Positions 46,898-58,800 of a DNA stretch of 64,000 nucleotides are shown in pieces. The stretch lies in IMG/VR virus record IMGVR_UViG_3300031992_000039, positions 47,328 to 111,327 of that record. One strand, written 5' to 3'. The translations under genes were made by a program, and so were the position numbers. Numbering within the stretch: position 1 is the stretch's first letter; the number at the start of each line of letters is the position of its first letter. The notes under the pieces were generated by a model. It searched no databases. It worked only from the letters and a program-made list of their open reading frames with translations, and was not told where the DNA came from. Source of the stretch: a virus. Lineage: Duplodnaviria > Caudoviricetes.

Positions 46898-48513
46898 GGA
46901 TTAAACTCCATATAACTCGCATAAGCAAGATAGTTATAGGTTATCCCATTAATTTTAAAAGGCGGGATTTTACTAATACTAACTTCTATTACAGTATTAG
47001 TTTGGGTTAAGGCTTCCACAGCGCCGGGCGCATAGCCGATATTAGTGGGAAGAGAGATTTGAACGGGCTGATCTTCTACTACAATAAAGAAATGATAAAT
47101 GGGCTCTTCTTCTTCTTCTTGGCTGTCTTCATTATAATTACCTCGTAAGGTAATTGATAAACTATTTGGACCATAAAACCAATAGGTTTTGAATGGTTCA
47201 AGCGATTGAGTGGCAGGTCTTTTATTAATTTTGGTGCTGGTGGCCGCGAGTGTAGACTCCGCCATACCAGACAACACGAAGGCTCCCGTCCAAGAGCCAT
47301 CCCTAAGAGAGGTGGTATCAATACTCGCAACCGTGGCGCCAGAATTATTAATTACTGTCATTAAAGGTGCTATATCATAAAAGCCCTTCGCGCCACCAAA
47401 ATTATAAAATTGATTTAAATAACCAAATATCTTACCATTATAAAGAATCCTCGCACGCATTGTTTGTTCTACTGCAATGGCTCGTTCGTACTCATCATAA
47501 TCGACTATTGCAACTGGGATAATAGTACTAGTAGGTTCTTCAGTTATATTAAAATCTATAGTATGGATTTCTTCTGTGCCAGCCCCGATATTTTTTCTTG
47601 CTAAAGCACGTTCCTCTTCCGTAAGCGTCTGAAGTTGGTCATAAACTACTGGTTTTGCATACTCACCTAAAGCATAACTATTTAGAGAGATATTGATAAA
47701 AGTGTTTTCTCTTTCATTTAAATCAAAGGAAAAAACAATTAAACATCCAATATTATCTCCCCCATCAGGAGGTATAACTTCCCAAAGCTTACATTTCTCA
47801 TCCTCTTTTTTAAAATTATGAAGAATATAGTTTTGAGAATTATAATAAATTGAACAATAAATTGTCTTTTTAAGATTCAACGCTTCGATAAAATCTTCAT
47901 AAGGACTGATTACTGAAAAACTGCCTCTACGAGAGGTTTCGACGATATAAACTTCTTCTGTTCCTGCGCCGATATTCTCCCTTGCCTGCGCTTTTTGCTC
48001 ATCAGTAAGTGATTGAGTTAAGTATAAAACCGCACCTTCTAAATCAGCAGAAATTTCATTATCTTCCGATATAGAAATATGTTCTCCGACGGTTAATTTA
48101 TCTTGCTTCTCATCAAGCCCATCAATAAAAGTGTCGTACCAAGTAGAAGTAGGTTCAGAATATATTCCCCCAGTCAATGGCGCTTCCGTTACCTCAAGAG
48201 TCTCCTCATTCGTAACGAGCATGTCTCCCGCGAATATTCCCATATAGAACTTCCTTCTTCGACTCATCATTTCCCATGGAATTTGTGCCATATTATCTAC
48301 AATAGGGACTATAATAGCCTGAGTTCGATTTGGAGAATATGGCTTAGTAGAGAAAGAGGCAGACAAATAATCTAATCCATCAAAACTATCATCTAAAAAA
48401 TTAAAAGTTGCATACCAATAATTTTTGCTGCCCGCGCGAAGTGGCCTTTTATTAGTAGCAGTAATTGTTTGGGTTGCCCCGTTTACATCAAAGTTTAAAT
48501 AAAATTTTGGCAT
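46888..48513 (-). CDS. baseplate-upper (BppU-like) / tail fibre protein
   Basis: N-terminal GS.NY..A.F...IPWE...G; KQDKL; two Q.LT.E....AR.NIGAGTEE repeats; ends in TAG. Confidence 0.65.
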   Translation of the reverse strand: MPKFYLNFDVNGATQTITATNKRPLRAGSKNYWYATFNFLDDSFDGLDYLSASFSTKPYSPNRTQAIIVPIVDNMAQIPWEMMSRRRKFYMGIFAGDMLVTNEETLEVTEAPLTGGIYSEPTSTWYDTFIDGLDEKQDKLTVGEHISISEDNEISADLEGAVLYLTQSLTDEQKAQARENIGAGTEEVYIVETSRRGSFSVISPYEDFIEALNLKKTIYCSIYYNSQNYILHNFKKEDEKCKLWEVIPPDGGDNIGCLIVFSFDLNERENTFINISLNSYALGEYAKPVVYDQLQTLTEEERALARKNIGAGTEEIHTIDFNITEEPTSTIIPVAIVDYDEYERAIAVEQTMRARILYNGKIFGYLNQFYNFGGAKGFYDIAPLMTVINNSGATVASIDTTSLRDGSWTGAFVLSGMAESTLAATSTKINKRPATQSLEPFKTYWFYGPNSLSITLRGNYNEDSQEEEEEPIYHFFIVVEDQPVQISLPTNIGYAPGAVEALTQTNTVIEVSISKIPPFKINGITYNYLAYASYMEFNPWD

Positions 48514-48589
48514 TACAACCTCCTATCCTTCTTATATAAGTAAAACTTTATACAAGTCAATTTTATATTTTTGGTTAAAAACATTTATT

Positions 48590-51500
48590 TTATCGACGAT
48601 AGTCTTTAATAGCACTAAACTGTAAGTTTTGTAAGGTACTATTTAACCGTTGGAACAAATCTTCAAATTCGGTCTTATAATTTTGAACCCTAAAAACATC
48701 CTTCTCTGGCTCATCAAAGTTCGATACTATCTCAGAAATTGTAATTTTTTCTTTGTATGGGGTCTTTACACCATTTACTAAAGTATACCCAAAAAATTCA
48801 GTGTCTTGTATGAAAGAAATATCCCCTACTTTAAAGACTTTATTTTTGAATTCCTCTAAAGCACTAACTCTCATAACAGAAATATCATAAGATACCACAG
48901 GATAGGAAGAAATTCGAGCATTCTTTACTGCGTCAAAATAATATAGATCGTCATTTATATATTCTTTACCAGACCAACATCCTTCTTTAATAAACTGAGA
49001 ATATTTGCGATAAAAAGCCAAATCCTTCTCTTTAATTGCGTCAAGAATGGAAGCTTGAATACTTTGAAGGTTAGTAAGACTATCCCTCTTTTCTTGGATG
49101 GAACTATTTAATCTATCATATACAACTACATATTCGCTTAATTGCTGACTTAAATTAATATAGGCCGTAATTCTGGTTAATACGGGCTCGGAAATGGACT
49201 CTGGATTATCATAATTATTTGAAATATAATCCTCTACCTCTTCCCAGGTCATATTTAAGATTTTCATTAATTCATCTTTCGTAGTTTGAATCTGCTCATT
49301 TAACCCCGCGATAGCAGAATTATATACAGTTAAATAGCTTTGTAATCTACTAAGTTCTTGTTTCTTATAAATTAAATCTTCTGTTATCTCATCGTATTGA
49401 GTATTATATTTATTTAACCAATAATAGTAACCTATATAATCAGTATTATATAAATCATTATATAAATCTTCTCTATTTAAAAATCCTTGACTTATATAAT
49501 AATCAAAATTTAATATAAAATTAGTTCGAGGATAATTCTCTAAACTTTTCTCTATTGCACAAACTCCATTAGTAGCGTATTCACTAGCATTCGGAAGAAC
49601 TATCATTTTTGTAACAATTTGATTGGACTTAATACTTCTTCTTATCTCTTTTAAATCTATTCCATAAATAAAACCGAATCCAATTTTTTCGCCTTCTAGC
49701 GGTAAAATATTAATATATTTTCTTGGATGACCATATGCAACCCTAGATTGATCTACTCCTTCATAGTAAATCAACCCTCCATTCTCTTCATGAGGCACAT
49801 AAAACTCTAATCGACATTCAAAAATTTCAGCAAGAGATTGCAACAAATTTAGACAATTCGATTGCTTTGCGCTGATCGCGCGTATTTTTTCAAAATTACG
49901 ATTATAAACTGGTTCTAGTAAATCTCCATAGTTCCAATCTTCAGTACTTTCCCATAGTTTAAGAATATCCTCTGCTTCCACATTTAAAGGTGTTCGAGAA
50001 TGATTAAAATATGTATATATTATACTTGCGACAGAGTCCTTATCTATCTCTCCGGGGCATATTATTGTTCCTTTTGAATCATAGCATAATTTGAAAAATT
50101 GTGCTTCTTCTAATAGTAAACTATTAAAATTAACTCCAGTATCGTCACGTACCGTAATAAAGAAACCAACCTTATTTTCATAAATGTCAGACCTAGTTGC
50201 AGAACGATTGCAAGTAAGAATTTGATAGGTCCAGCCGCCAGATAAATCTATTAAAGTGCTTAAATTATCATCAAAATAACTAGGACTATCTTCATCTAAA
50301 GTTATGTTTCCCGTTTCGCCATTATAAGTATATTGTCTAACTTGGAATAATAATGGATTAACAGACATCACCGGCAAACCAGTATTGAATCTCGCTCGAT
50401 ACCTAAACACAAACTGTTCCCCATTAGCAAAACCGTCTGGAATATAAGAAGATAATAAAGACAAACCATTATTGTAATATCGTCCGCCCTTAGTGAGTTG
50501 TAAAACAGATTCATATATATCCGAATTAGGAGGATTATAGAGTTTGAAACTTATATCGGCGCCGTCGCCCATCCACCCATTGGTACTTGCAAAGTTCTTT
50601 GAGTTTGTAATTACATTATTTACAACAGTAGGATCTCTATATTCTACGGACTTATATCCATAAATAGTATCACCAATCATCATTGACCCATCTGATAATG
50701 AACGTTTTGCTTGGTAAATATCACAATATTTCCCAGTACGAGTATCAAGTATACTCATTTGCTTTCGTACCAGGTATTCCGCGCGATAATTATTGGAAAC
50801 GCCTTCATTTAAGTTAATAGCACCAGCTTCTATACCATTACTATCATATAGGGTAAAAATTAAAGGGATATTATCAGAATCAAAATCTACCTTATATTCC
50901 CCCGTCAAATGGAAAAACTCAGCATTCGTTACTAAATGGCTACTCTCTTCACGCTCATAATTTAAAGCGTATGCAAATTGAATATAATTGTCAGATAAGG
51001 GAAGATTTGTCTCTGCTGCCAAGTATTTCTTACATTTTTCTTGAACTTGAGTAAAATATAATAAAATTTTATTACCAGTTTGAATTGTAGTTGTTTGCGA
51101 ATTCAAATCCGAAACTACATTAATACTATGAGTTAAAATTAATTCATAAACAGCATCTTCACGCTTTTCTTTCAAGAAGGACGTATCAGCATTTAACACA
51201 GTCCAATCAGTATTTTTTAATACCTCAGCGGCCAATTGACGCATTGTACCTTGATTATTCTGAAGATCATCATTTAACTCTATATTAAAACCAGTTTTGG
51301 ATAGTTCGTTTATGAAAGCATCCTCGCAAGTATAGGTTATACTTTTATCAGAGCTATTCTCCTCACACCCATTAATTACAAAATCATACCACTGCCCCTT
51401 CCACTTAACCTTAACTTTTCTTTCATTAACCAATAACTTTAAAAAAGGATTCTTATAGATTCGAGACTCCGTAGATTTTGTTTCGTAGAATAAATCTTTA

Positions 51501-51805
51501 TTATCACTATCTCTTATTGGCCCATAGTCTTGTTCATTAGAATCATAAGCAAAGAGCTGCTGAACAGCTTCTGTATAAGAATCTTCACGACATTTATAAT
51601 ACATTTTGAAACTAAAAGTTCTAGTCCCATTAACTCCTTCTATGAGTACAGGATTAATCGCACGGCAAGTGGAAGTCATAGTATTAGAACCTATAACCGC
51701 GATTTTTCTTTCTTTATAATAACTAGATGCTCTTGTAGCTTCACTATTATCTGGATTATATAAATAATCTTCCCATAAAGAAATTTCATAATTATCTTCT
51801 ATCAT
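48590..51805 (-). CDS. tail hub/spike (Tal-like) protein
   Basis: 1071 aa after Dit; NGTRTFSF, YGIDLKEIRR, coiled coil, KVGD. Confidence 0.7.
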   Translation of the reverse strand: MIEDNYEISLWEDYLYNPDNSEATRASSYYKERKIAVIGSNTMTSTCRAINPVLIEGVNGTRTFSFKMYYKCREDSYTEAVQQLFAYDSNEQDYGPIRDSDNKDLFYETKSTESRIYKNPFLKLLVNERKVKVKWKGQWYDFVINGCEENSSDKSITYTCEDAFINELSKTGFNIELNDDLQNNQGTMRQLAAEVLKNTDWTVLNADTSFLKEKREDAVYELILTHSINVVSDLNSQTTTIQTGNKILLYFTQVQEKCKKYLAAETNLPLSDNYIQFAYALNYEREESSHLVTNAEFFHLTGEYKVDFDSDNIPLIFTLYDSNGIEAGAINLNEGVSNNYRAEYLVRKQMSILDTRTGKYCDIYQAKRSLSDGSMMIGDTIYGYKSVEYRDPTVVNNVITNSKNFASTNGWMGDGADISFKLYNPPNSDIYESVLQLTKGGRYYNNGLSLLSSYIPDGFANGEQFVFRYRARFNTGLPVMSVNPLLFQVRQYTYNGETGNITLDEDSPSYFDDNLSTLIDLSGGWTYQILTCNRSATRSDIYENKVGFFITVRDDTGVNFNSLLLEEAQFFKLCYDSKGTIICPGEIDKDSVASIIYTYFNHSRTPLNVEAEDILKLWESTEDWNYGDLLEPVYNRNFEKIRAISAKQSNCLNLLQSLAEIFECRLEFYVPHEENGGLIYYEGVDQSRVAYGHPRKYINILPLEGEKIGFGFIYGIDLKEIRRSIKSNQIVTKMIVLPNASEYATNGVCAIEKSLENYPRTNFILNFDYYISQGFLNREDLYNDLYNTDYIGYYYWLNKYNTQYDEITEDLIYKKQELSRLQSYLTVYNSAIAGLNEQIQTTKDELMKILNMTWEEVEDYISNNYDNPESISEPVLTRITAYINLSQQLSEYVVVYDRLNSSIQEKRDSLTNLQSIQASILDAIKEKDLAFYRKYSQFIKEGCWSGKEYINDDLYYFDAVKNARISSYPVVSYDISVMRVSALEEFKNKVFKVGDISFIQDTEFFGYTLVNGVKTPYKEKITISEIVSNFDEPEKDVFRVQNYKTEFEDLFQRLNSTLQNLQFSAIKDYRR

Positions 51806-51816
51806 AGCCTTGCCTC

Positions 51817-52779
51817 TTAATAATATAAATAATTATATTCAATATCAGAGAAAATTGGGCTACCAGATGCTCCACTATTGGTATAAAAAACCTGCAAATT
51901 AAGTGGCGTCTCAACATCAGTATAAACAGGAATCTTAAAAAAGTCGCCAGAACGGATATATCCATTATATATAGAGCCAGTTGTTTTTAATCGTCCATTA
52001 CAGCCTTCTACTAAATTAGTCTTTGTATTAATACAAATATACACATCAGAGGAACTTAAAGGAGTTAGTATTGGATCAAAATTAAGTACATCATTTGTAC
52101 CTAATTGAATAGAGAAACTACGATTTAAGTTCTCTGTCGGAAGCCAAACCTTAAAATCAGTAGGTAAGTCCCCCGGATTAAAAAGTCTTATGGTATCAGT
52201 ACCGGTTAAATTATATACTGGCTCACCACCGGAAACGCCTGTAGCTGTATTATAAATCATACCAGTAGAAGATGCCCACTCACTCATATTGGTATATTCT
52301 TCGCGATCATATTCGCCCAAGAACTTTTTGACGGAATGAGCGTAAGGAGAATAAGCTATAAATTGAATTGTCCCCTCTCCTTTATAAACTCGCATATTAA
52401 CCGCTCGCCCGCTACTTACTCTTTTTTGATCAAAGCATATATATTTAATTTGAGGTGGAGCAGCGACTTTGACAATATAAGCTTTATAAGGTGTTTCATC
52501 AAATATGAGCTCTCCCACATCTTTTCCATTAAAGACCTGGCGCATCATTCTTAATTGTGTTTCGGTAACTGAGTCAAAAGCCACATTTATAGAAAAAGGT
52601 TTTGAACTATATAAGGATTCAAAAAAGTACATTTCATCCGAGCCAGGAACATCGACTACTTTATCTGTGAAATTTGGAACTAAATTTATTTCATAACGGC
52701 TTCCATCGCTAACTCGCACCAGCCCCATTTCTGAAGAATGGCGTTGATTAAATGTAAAACCACAAAAATCATATAACAT
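51817..52779 (-). CDS. distal tail protein (Dit)
   Basis: FTFN..HS.EMGL, VPGSD, LIFDE.PYK.Y, N.GD; follows the tape measure gene. Confidence 0.78.
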   Translation of the reverse strand: MLYDFCGFTFNQRHSSEMGLVRVSDGSRYEINLVPNFTDKVVDVPGSDEMYFFESLYSSKPFSINVAFDSVTETQLRMMRQVFNGKDVGELIFDETPYKAYIVKVAAPPQIKYICFDQKRVSSGRAVNMRVYKGEGTIQFIAYSPYAHSVKKFLGEYDREEYTNMSEWASSTGMIYNTATGVSGGEPVYNLTGTDTIRLFNPGDLPTDFKVWLPTENLNRSFSIQLGTNDVLNFDPILTPLSSSDVYICINTKTNLVEGCNGRLKTTGSIYNGYIRSGDFFKIPVYTDVETPLNLQVFYTNSGASGSPIFSDIEYNYLYY

Positions 52780-52790
52780 CTAAACCTCCT

Positions 52791-52821
52791 TGTGGGGTAA
52801 GGGCTAAGCCCTTACCTCACA
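52791..52821 (-). promoter_or_regulatory. hairpin over the tape measure stop, next to the Dit RBS
   Basis: TGTGAGGTAAGGGC TTA GCCCTTACCCCACA then AGGAGG. Confidence 0.45.
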
Positions 52822-55800
52822 AAATTAACAGTATTTACATTACGGTATGAACTACTTTTAACGATCTCGTTTTTAATTTCGTTTACCATTCTCTGTACAT
52901 CATAATCAGAATCAATAGTCGCACTCACATCTATATCAAAATAGGCGTTTCCAAGTTGATTCAACTCAGAATGCTGACCATTCAATAATCCAGCGAGAAT
53001 ATTTTTCAACGCAATAAAATTCCGAGTATCATCAGGATTAAGAACTAACTCTGGATTGGTCTTAGAGCCATCAAGCCACGCGGGGCCGGTGAAATCTGCA
53101 AGACCACCAGACGCGTAATGACTTAAACGGAATTTCTCTCTAGTCCTATCTCCGACTTTTCCATTCCCATTTAATCCCATATCATTTTGGAAATTAGTAA
53201 CTGCATAATCAGTCTTATCTCCGAAAATACCATCAACTACTAATGCCTTTCCGGTCTTATCAGTATATCCAAGTTCATTTAAAGCCCATTGAATAGCTTT
53301 GACTTGCTTCTTTTTCGTAGAGCCTTTTTTGATAATACCCGTCGTTTCTGAAGCTTTGCCATATGGATAAGAAGAAGGTGTAGAGCCTCCTGAACTTCCA
53401 CCAGAGCTTCCTCCGCCTCCTGCCTCAGGTCCAGACTCATCAGAGCCTCCACCTCCAGTGCCGCCTCCTGAGCCTTCTCCTTGATGCTGTCCTGCTTGGT
53501 CCGCGTTTCCTGCCGCGAGTCCTTCGATCGCACGCCTAAATTCTTCCCCAACCTTAGCAATCCACTCATCTGAAGCAAAAGCGCTTAGAGCATTAAATGC
53601 CTCAGCTTCCTTCAATAGACGAATTAACTCAGAGTTAAAGTCTAATGCACCAGATTCATCAGTAGCAGAGTTTATAAGGTCATATACTTCTTGCCACAGA
53701 GTCCCCTCATCAATAGCAACCTGTAATTGCGCGCGCATTATTTCTATCTGCTGCGCACGTTGCTCGGCTGCGAGTTCAGCATCTTTGCGCATCTCTTCAA
53801 TAGCTTGGTCAATTAGAGAATCTTCATAATTTTGTCTTGCTTCCTCAATTTCCTTTTCAAGCTGAAGAATCTCAAGTTCATTTGAGCCGGAAGTGTCTCG
53901 ACGTAAATACGCTAAGCGAGCCTCTTTTTCAGCGATACTTTCCTCTGTTTTGCGATTCTGGCGCTCTTGGCGCTGCGCAGCGATTTGTTCTTGAATGGAA
54001 TCAATAACGTCGCTCGCGGCCTTATCGATCGCCTCGTTCATCGCCTCAAGAGTATCAATCTGCTTTTCATAACGAGAAATTAATGCATCCATCACGCGCT
54101 CTTCAAAGCTTATGTAAGAATCAATTGCCTCGTGCATTAGATCTTCAATTGTATCTTCAATTTCCCAAATTGCATCGCGCGTGTCCTCATAAGAACCAAC
54201 TAGTTCTTGAAGCATATTAATATAGGCTTCCGCAGCTTCACCTTGCTCGCTCTTATTGGGGTCATGTGCGAGGGCTTCAAGACCCTCCCAATCGATCGTA
54301 ATACGACCTGTCTCAAAATCATAGTGAGCGTATTTAGTAACTCCCATCGACGCGAAAGTTCGCTGACGGCCTTCACTATCAATATAGGTTTGACTTCCAA
54401 GATTCTGAATTTGCCGCTTTCTACCAGCCTGGAGTTGCTGTTGAAGCTTTATCTCTTGGCGCAAAGCATTTATTTGATCATAATAACCCTTACGAATGTC
54501 ATGAATTGAAGTAGTCTGCTCTTTTAATAGCTTTTGATACTTGCGCTCAAGGGCTTCGCGCCTACGAAGCGCTTCATTTATTTTTTCTTGAAGATTATAA
54601 AGTTCATCATAAGGATTTTTCCAGTAGGAAGGCGTTGAACTAGACCCAGATTTACCATTAGACTTCTTACCAGAAGATTTACCACCGGTGGGCTTATTAC
54701 TTTTTCCGTTAGAGATATTTGAATGAGAAACTCCGCCTCCCGCTGTGCCAGTAGATATAATACTTTCAATACGAGGAACTCTAACTGAGGTTTTAATTGT
54801 TTTATAAGTTATCCTAACTTCCTCATGCCCTCCACCACCAGTATCGGTATATTGTGCTGGCCGGCCATTCAGTCTATTAGGAATAAACCTTTTATCAATC
54901 ATTGGTATACTTTGTTCCTGCGTTGCTGTATCCCAACTAACTTTAGCTTTATACCCAATCCTGCCCAACATCTCATTAACCTTATTTGCTCCCAATCCAG
55001 ACTTTTTAATCATCTCATTAAGAGCGTTAATGAAATTGGTATCATCTAAAGTGGCACCAGCCTCAAGGGTAGGTAGATCATACCCCAAAATAAAGTCGGC
55101 GAGTTCCATAATGGCCTTGTCTGTACCCACATAATCTGGCTCTACGTGAATTAAATAATCATAAGCCGCAACCTTTTGTAAATACTCTAAGGCTTCAACG
55201 TCACCTTCTGCAGCAGATTTAAGAGCGGCCATGGCTTTCTTATTGGACCAAAAATCGTCTGATAAATCGCCAGTAACATTCAACATTTTTTCCACAGAGC
55301 TCTTTAATCTGTTAAATGTTGCAATGTCATCAGAATTCGCTAATTCAGTTAACTTCTCATTTTCATTAAGAAGAAGCGTCCAATCTTTATAAGAACTAAT
55401 GATTTCACTAAGGCCGCTATTAAGCTTTGTATTCGCTAAAGCTACCTCTAATGCAAGCTCCTTATCATTCTGTAATGCAGGCGCAACTTTTTGTAACTGC
55501 TCAGTATATTGTAACAGCTTTTGAGTATCGATCCCAAGTGCTTCTGCCTCTTCATAAGTTCTAGCAATCGCTGCCAACTTTTCAGCATTAATTGCACGGA
55601 TTGCCTCTGCCCCAGAATCTAACTTTTCATAATACTCATCAAAGAACCTTAAATCAATATTAGTTTCGTTGAGTTGAGTTTTAAAGGCTTGCATTGCATA
55701 TTCGTTCCCTCCAGCTTCTAAGGCATTTTCCTGAAGAGAATAATTTAGTAATCTACTACGCGTGCCAATCTCCGCATTATATTGTTGAAGTTCACTTTCA

Positions 55801-58800
55801 ACTTCTTCTTTTACTAATTCAGATAAAGCCGTAAGAACTTCATCAATCTTTCCAGTATTGGCAAAGTCTTCAGCTATTTGAGCGGCAGTTCGCCCATTGG
55901 CCTCAATTCCGATAGCTTCTAGTTGAGTCTCATCTAACATGCCCAGAGCTGATTTGAGAAAATTGCGCTTTGAGTTACTATCTTTATTAAGAATAGACCC
56001 AGAAGCTAAAGCTTCATAGCCATTAAATTCTTTGAGTTGATTCTGAGCCCCCAGCCTCCCCTCAAGAAGCTTGCGGCCATTTTCTTCCTCAACTCTAGTG
56101 GCGTCTTCAATAGCAGATCTCAACTCATTTATATCGGCCCTAAGATATACATATTCACCATCTAAATTTTTTTGAAACAGAGAAAGCACTTCTGAAGAAA
56201 CGCCATTTTCGACCATAGCTGCATATTCTTTTTCAGTAATAGTAGCCTTCCCAGAGCGGATTTTCGACACAACAGCCCCCAATGCTGCAATTTTCTCAGA
56301 TAAACCTTCAATATCTATTTTAGGTAAAATACTACCAAATAGTAAAAGTTGGTGGGCAAGGCGATTAAAGGCCTCAGTACTTGTATTGATAGGAATACCC
56401 ATGTCATCTATAGCATTGGCGAGGTCTTCTGCATCTTCAATCGTGCTCCAATCAAGCGTATTTAGCGCCGATACAAAATCGTCCGCATACTCTCCAGATT
56501 GCTCCATAACTGCATCTATAGAAGACATAAGTTGAAGCGTAGCCTCTTCGCCGGTTTTTGAATAGACTTCTGCAAGGCTATTTGCTAAAATCTCCTTCTG
56601 TTCTGCACCAAGAGTAGAAATTTCACCTTTGTTGAACCAATCTTGAATTTTAGGATTGTCTATTATATTAGCTATTCTCACAAAGGTGTCGGCGCTATGC
56701 TTCAGAGCTTCTGCTAAATATTGTTGAGCAGCAACCAGTTCATCTTCACCTAAGTCTAACCCTGAGAATAGTTTAGTTCCTTCAATCTTCTCTTTTATTT
56801 CTTCAACAGTTAGTCCAGCAATTTCTTCCGTGGTCTTACCAGTAATGGTAGAAATATCTTTGGTGGTTAACCCACCTCCTTCTCCTCGAGAATAAAGATG
56901 TCTCAAAGCTTCAGAGGAAGAAGGTCCAGCTATCTCCTTCATTATGGCTTCTAAGTTTTTAGAAGCTTCGCTTACAGTTTTATCGGCTACAAGAGCCACA
57001 CGCAGATCTTCATCACTAATGTCCTTGTTATTATGATCTGCTTTGTAGTCGGCGTATCTTTCATACCCTAAAATTTGAGCATACTCTTTTCGATATCGAT
57101 CTCTATTTTCACCATTAATGGATCCAATTTCTTCTTCGGCCCTTTTCTTATATGCATCTATCATTTGAGAATTTAAAAATGTAGAAGCGTATTTGGATGT
57201 CTCCTCGGAAAGGTTGCTAAGCTGTATAATGCTAGCGGCCTGAGCAGAAGAAAGCCCCTCCATTTGTGTCCGATTTTCTATTAAAGCTTGGCCATAAAGA
57301 TGTAATTGCTTAATCTCTTCTTCAGTTAAATAGGCCTCTTCAACTTTTGCCCCCGTAGCTTCTAGTAAAGCCTCAAAATACTCCTGTTCAGTAGTATAAT
57401 CGCCTCTCTGTACATTAAATTCTTCTAGGGTAGATTGATCGCCTGCTAAGGCTAAAGCTAACTTATCAACAACTCCAAAATCTGATATCCCACTATAACC
57501 AAAATTCGAGACCTTGCTCCAAGCTGCCTCTACAGAAGCCTCCCCCACTCGCTGTCGTGCGCCGATCTCCATAATAGAAGCACGAATTGCCCTTTCTGAA
57601 TAAGAATCTAGGACTTCCTGCACCGAATCGCTCTCATAGTCTATCTTTAAAACCCCACTCTTATTCCCAACAAAGGCCCCTAGTTCAGGGTACTTTTCAA
57701 TCAGTTCTAAAACTTCCGCATTTACTTCTTGAACAGCTTTTTTCCATTCTTTGGTGCCTTCAGTAAGTTCTTCTAACTTATTATATCTTTCTCCAAGAGC
57801 GTCGAATGATTGTCCGAGGTTATCATATGCTTCCGCTGTTTTTTCCGCGGCATCCGTAGCAGCTTCAGCGGCCTCTTTCGCGGCTTCTAGCTTGGCCTCT
57901 GGCGTAGAATCCTTCATAGCATTAACAACAGCAACAATACCTACAACCAAAAGTGCGACCGCCGCGATTATGAGTCCTATCACTCCTAATGCAGCTAGCA
58001 TAGATCCTGTTGTAGCGTCAATCGCGGTTTTATCTGCTATCCAAGCGGCAACATTTCCCCAAAGGGAACCGGTTTCGGCTTTTTTCGCAACCGCCTCCGC
58101 TTTTGTATGAACAATCGCAGCGAGAGTACCTATAATACCTTTTTGCTTAGTCTTATAACCTGCTTCTTCAGCAACTTTTTCTTTTATTTGAGCTTCGGTT
58201 AATCCTTCTAATGCGCCCTTTCTCTTTAATTCAGCATAAACGGCCAATTCTTCTTGCGTATAGCCAGCCGCTACTAAGCCGTCATACTCTGCCTGAGTAA
58301 GTCCAGCTTTCATCAAAGCCAAGTTCTTTTCCGCAATTGCCGCGTTATTTTTTTCAGTGGCTAAAAAAGAAGCTTCCATCTGATCAGAATATAACTCTTC
58401 AGAAGCACTAGCCCAGGTATTGCTCGCAGTGACTTCTCCGTTAACTCTAATTAATTCTTCTTCTGCTTGAACTTGAGCCTCGGTGGCGATTGCTATCGCC
58501 TCTATACCAGAAACATCTATTGGAGGGACTCTAAATAAATCCTTCCAGAAGTCGCCATTAAAAATACTACCATTGTGTTGCAAAGACTCTTTTAAACCAA
58601 GATTAAATCCTTCACCAGCTTCCTTGCCTTTTCCGAGGAAAGAAGCAACTAGATTCGGAAATATTTTTTTTAGGATACCTTTACTAAGATTTAAACCTCC
58701 AATCGCAACCCCAATATTCGCTATACTCTTGGCTAAACCAGGTAACGAACTCGTTAATTTGTTAACCGCGGTTATAATATTAGTTAATAAATCTATAATA

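Noticed and set aside
53380-53480. GGA/GGC-rich repeat in the tape measure gene as an array or VR
   Set aside because: It encodes a Gly/Ser linker before the peptidoglycan-binding domain.
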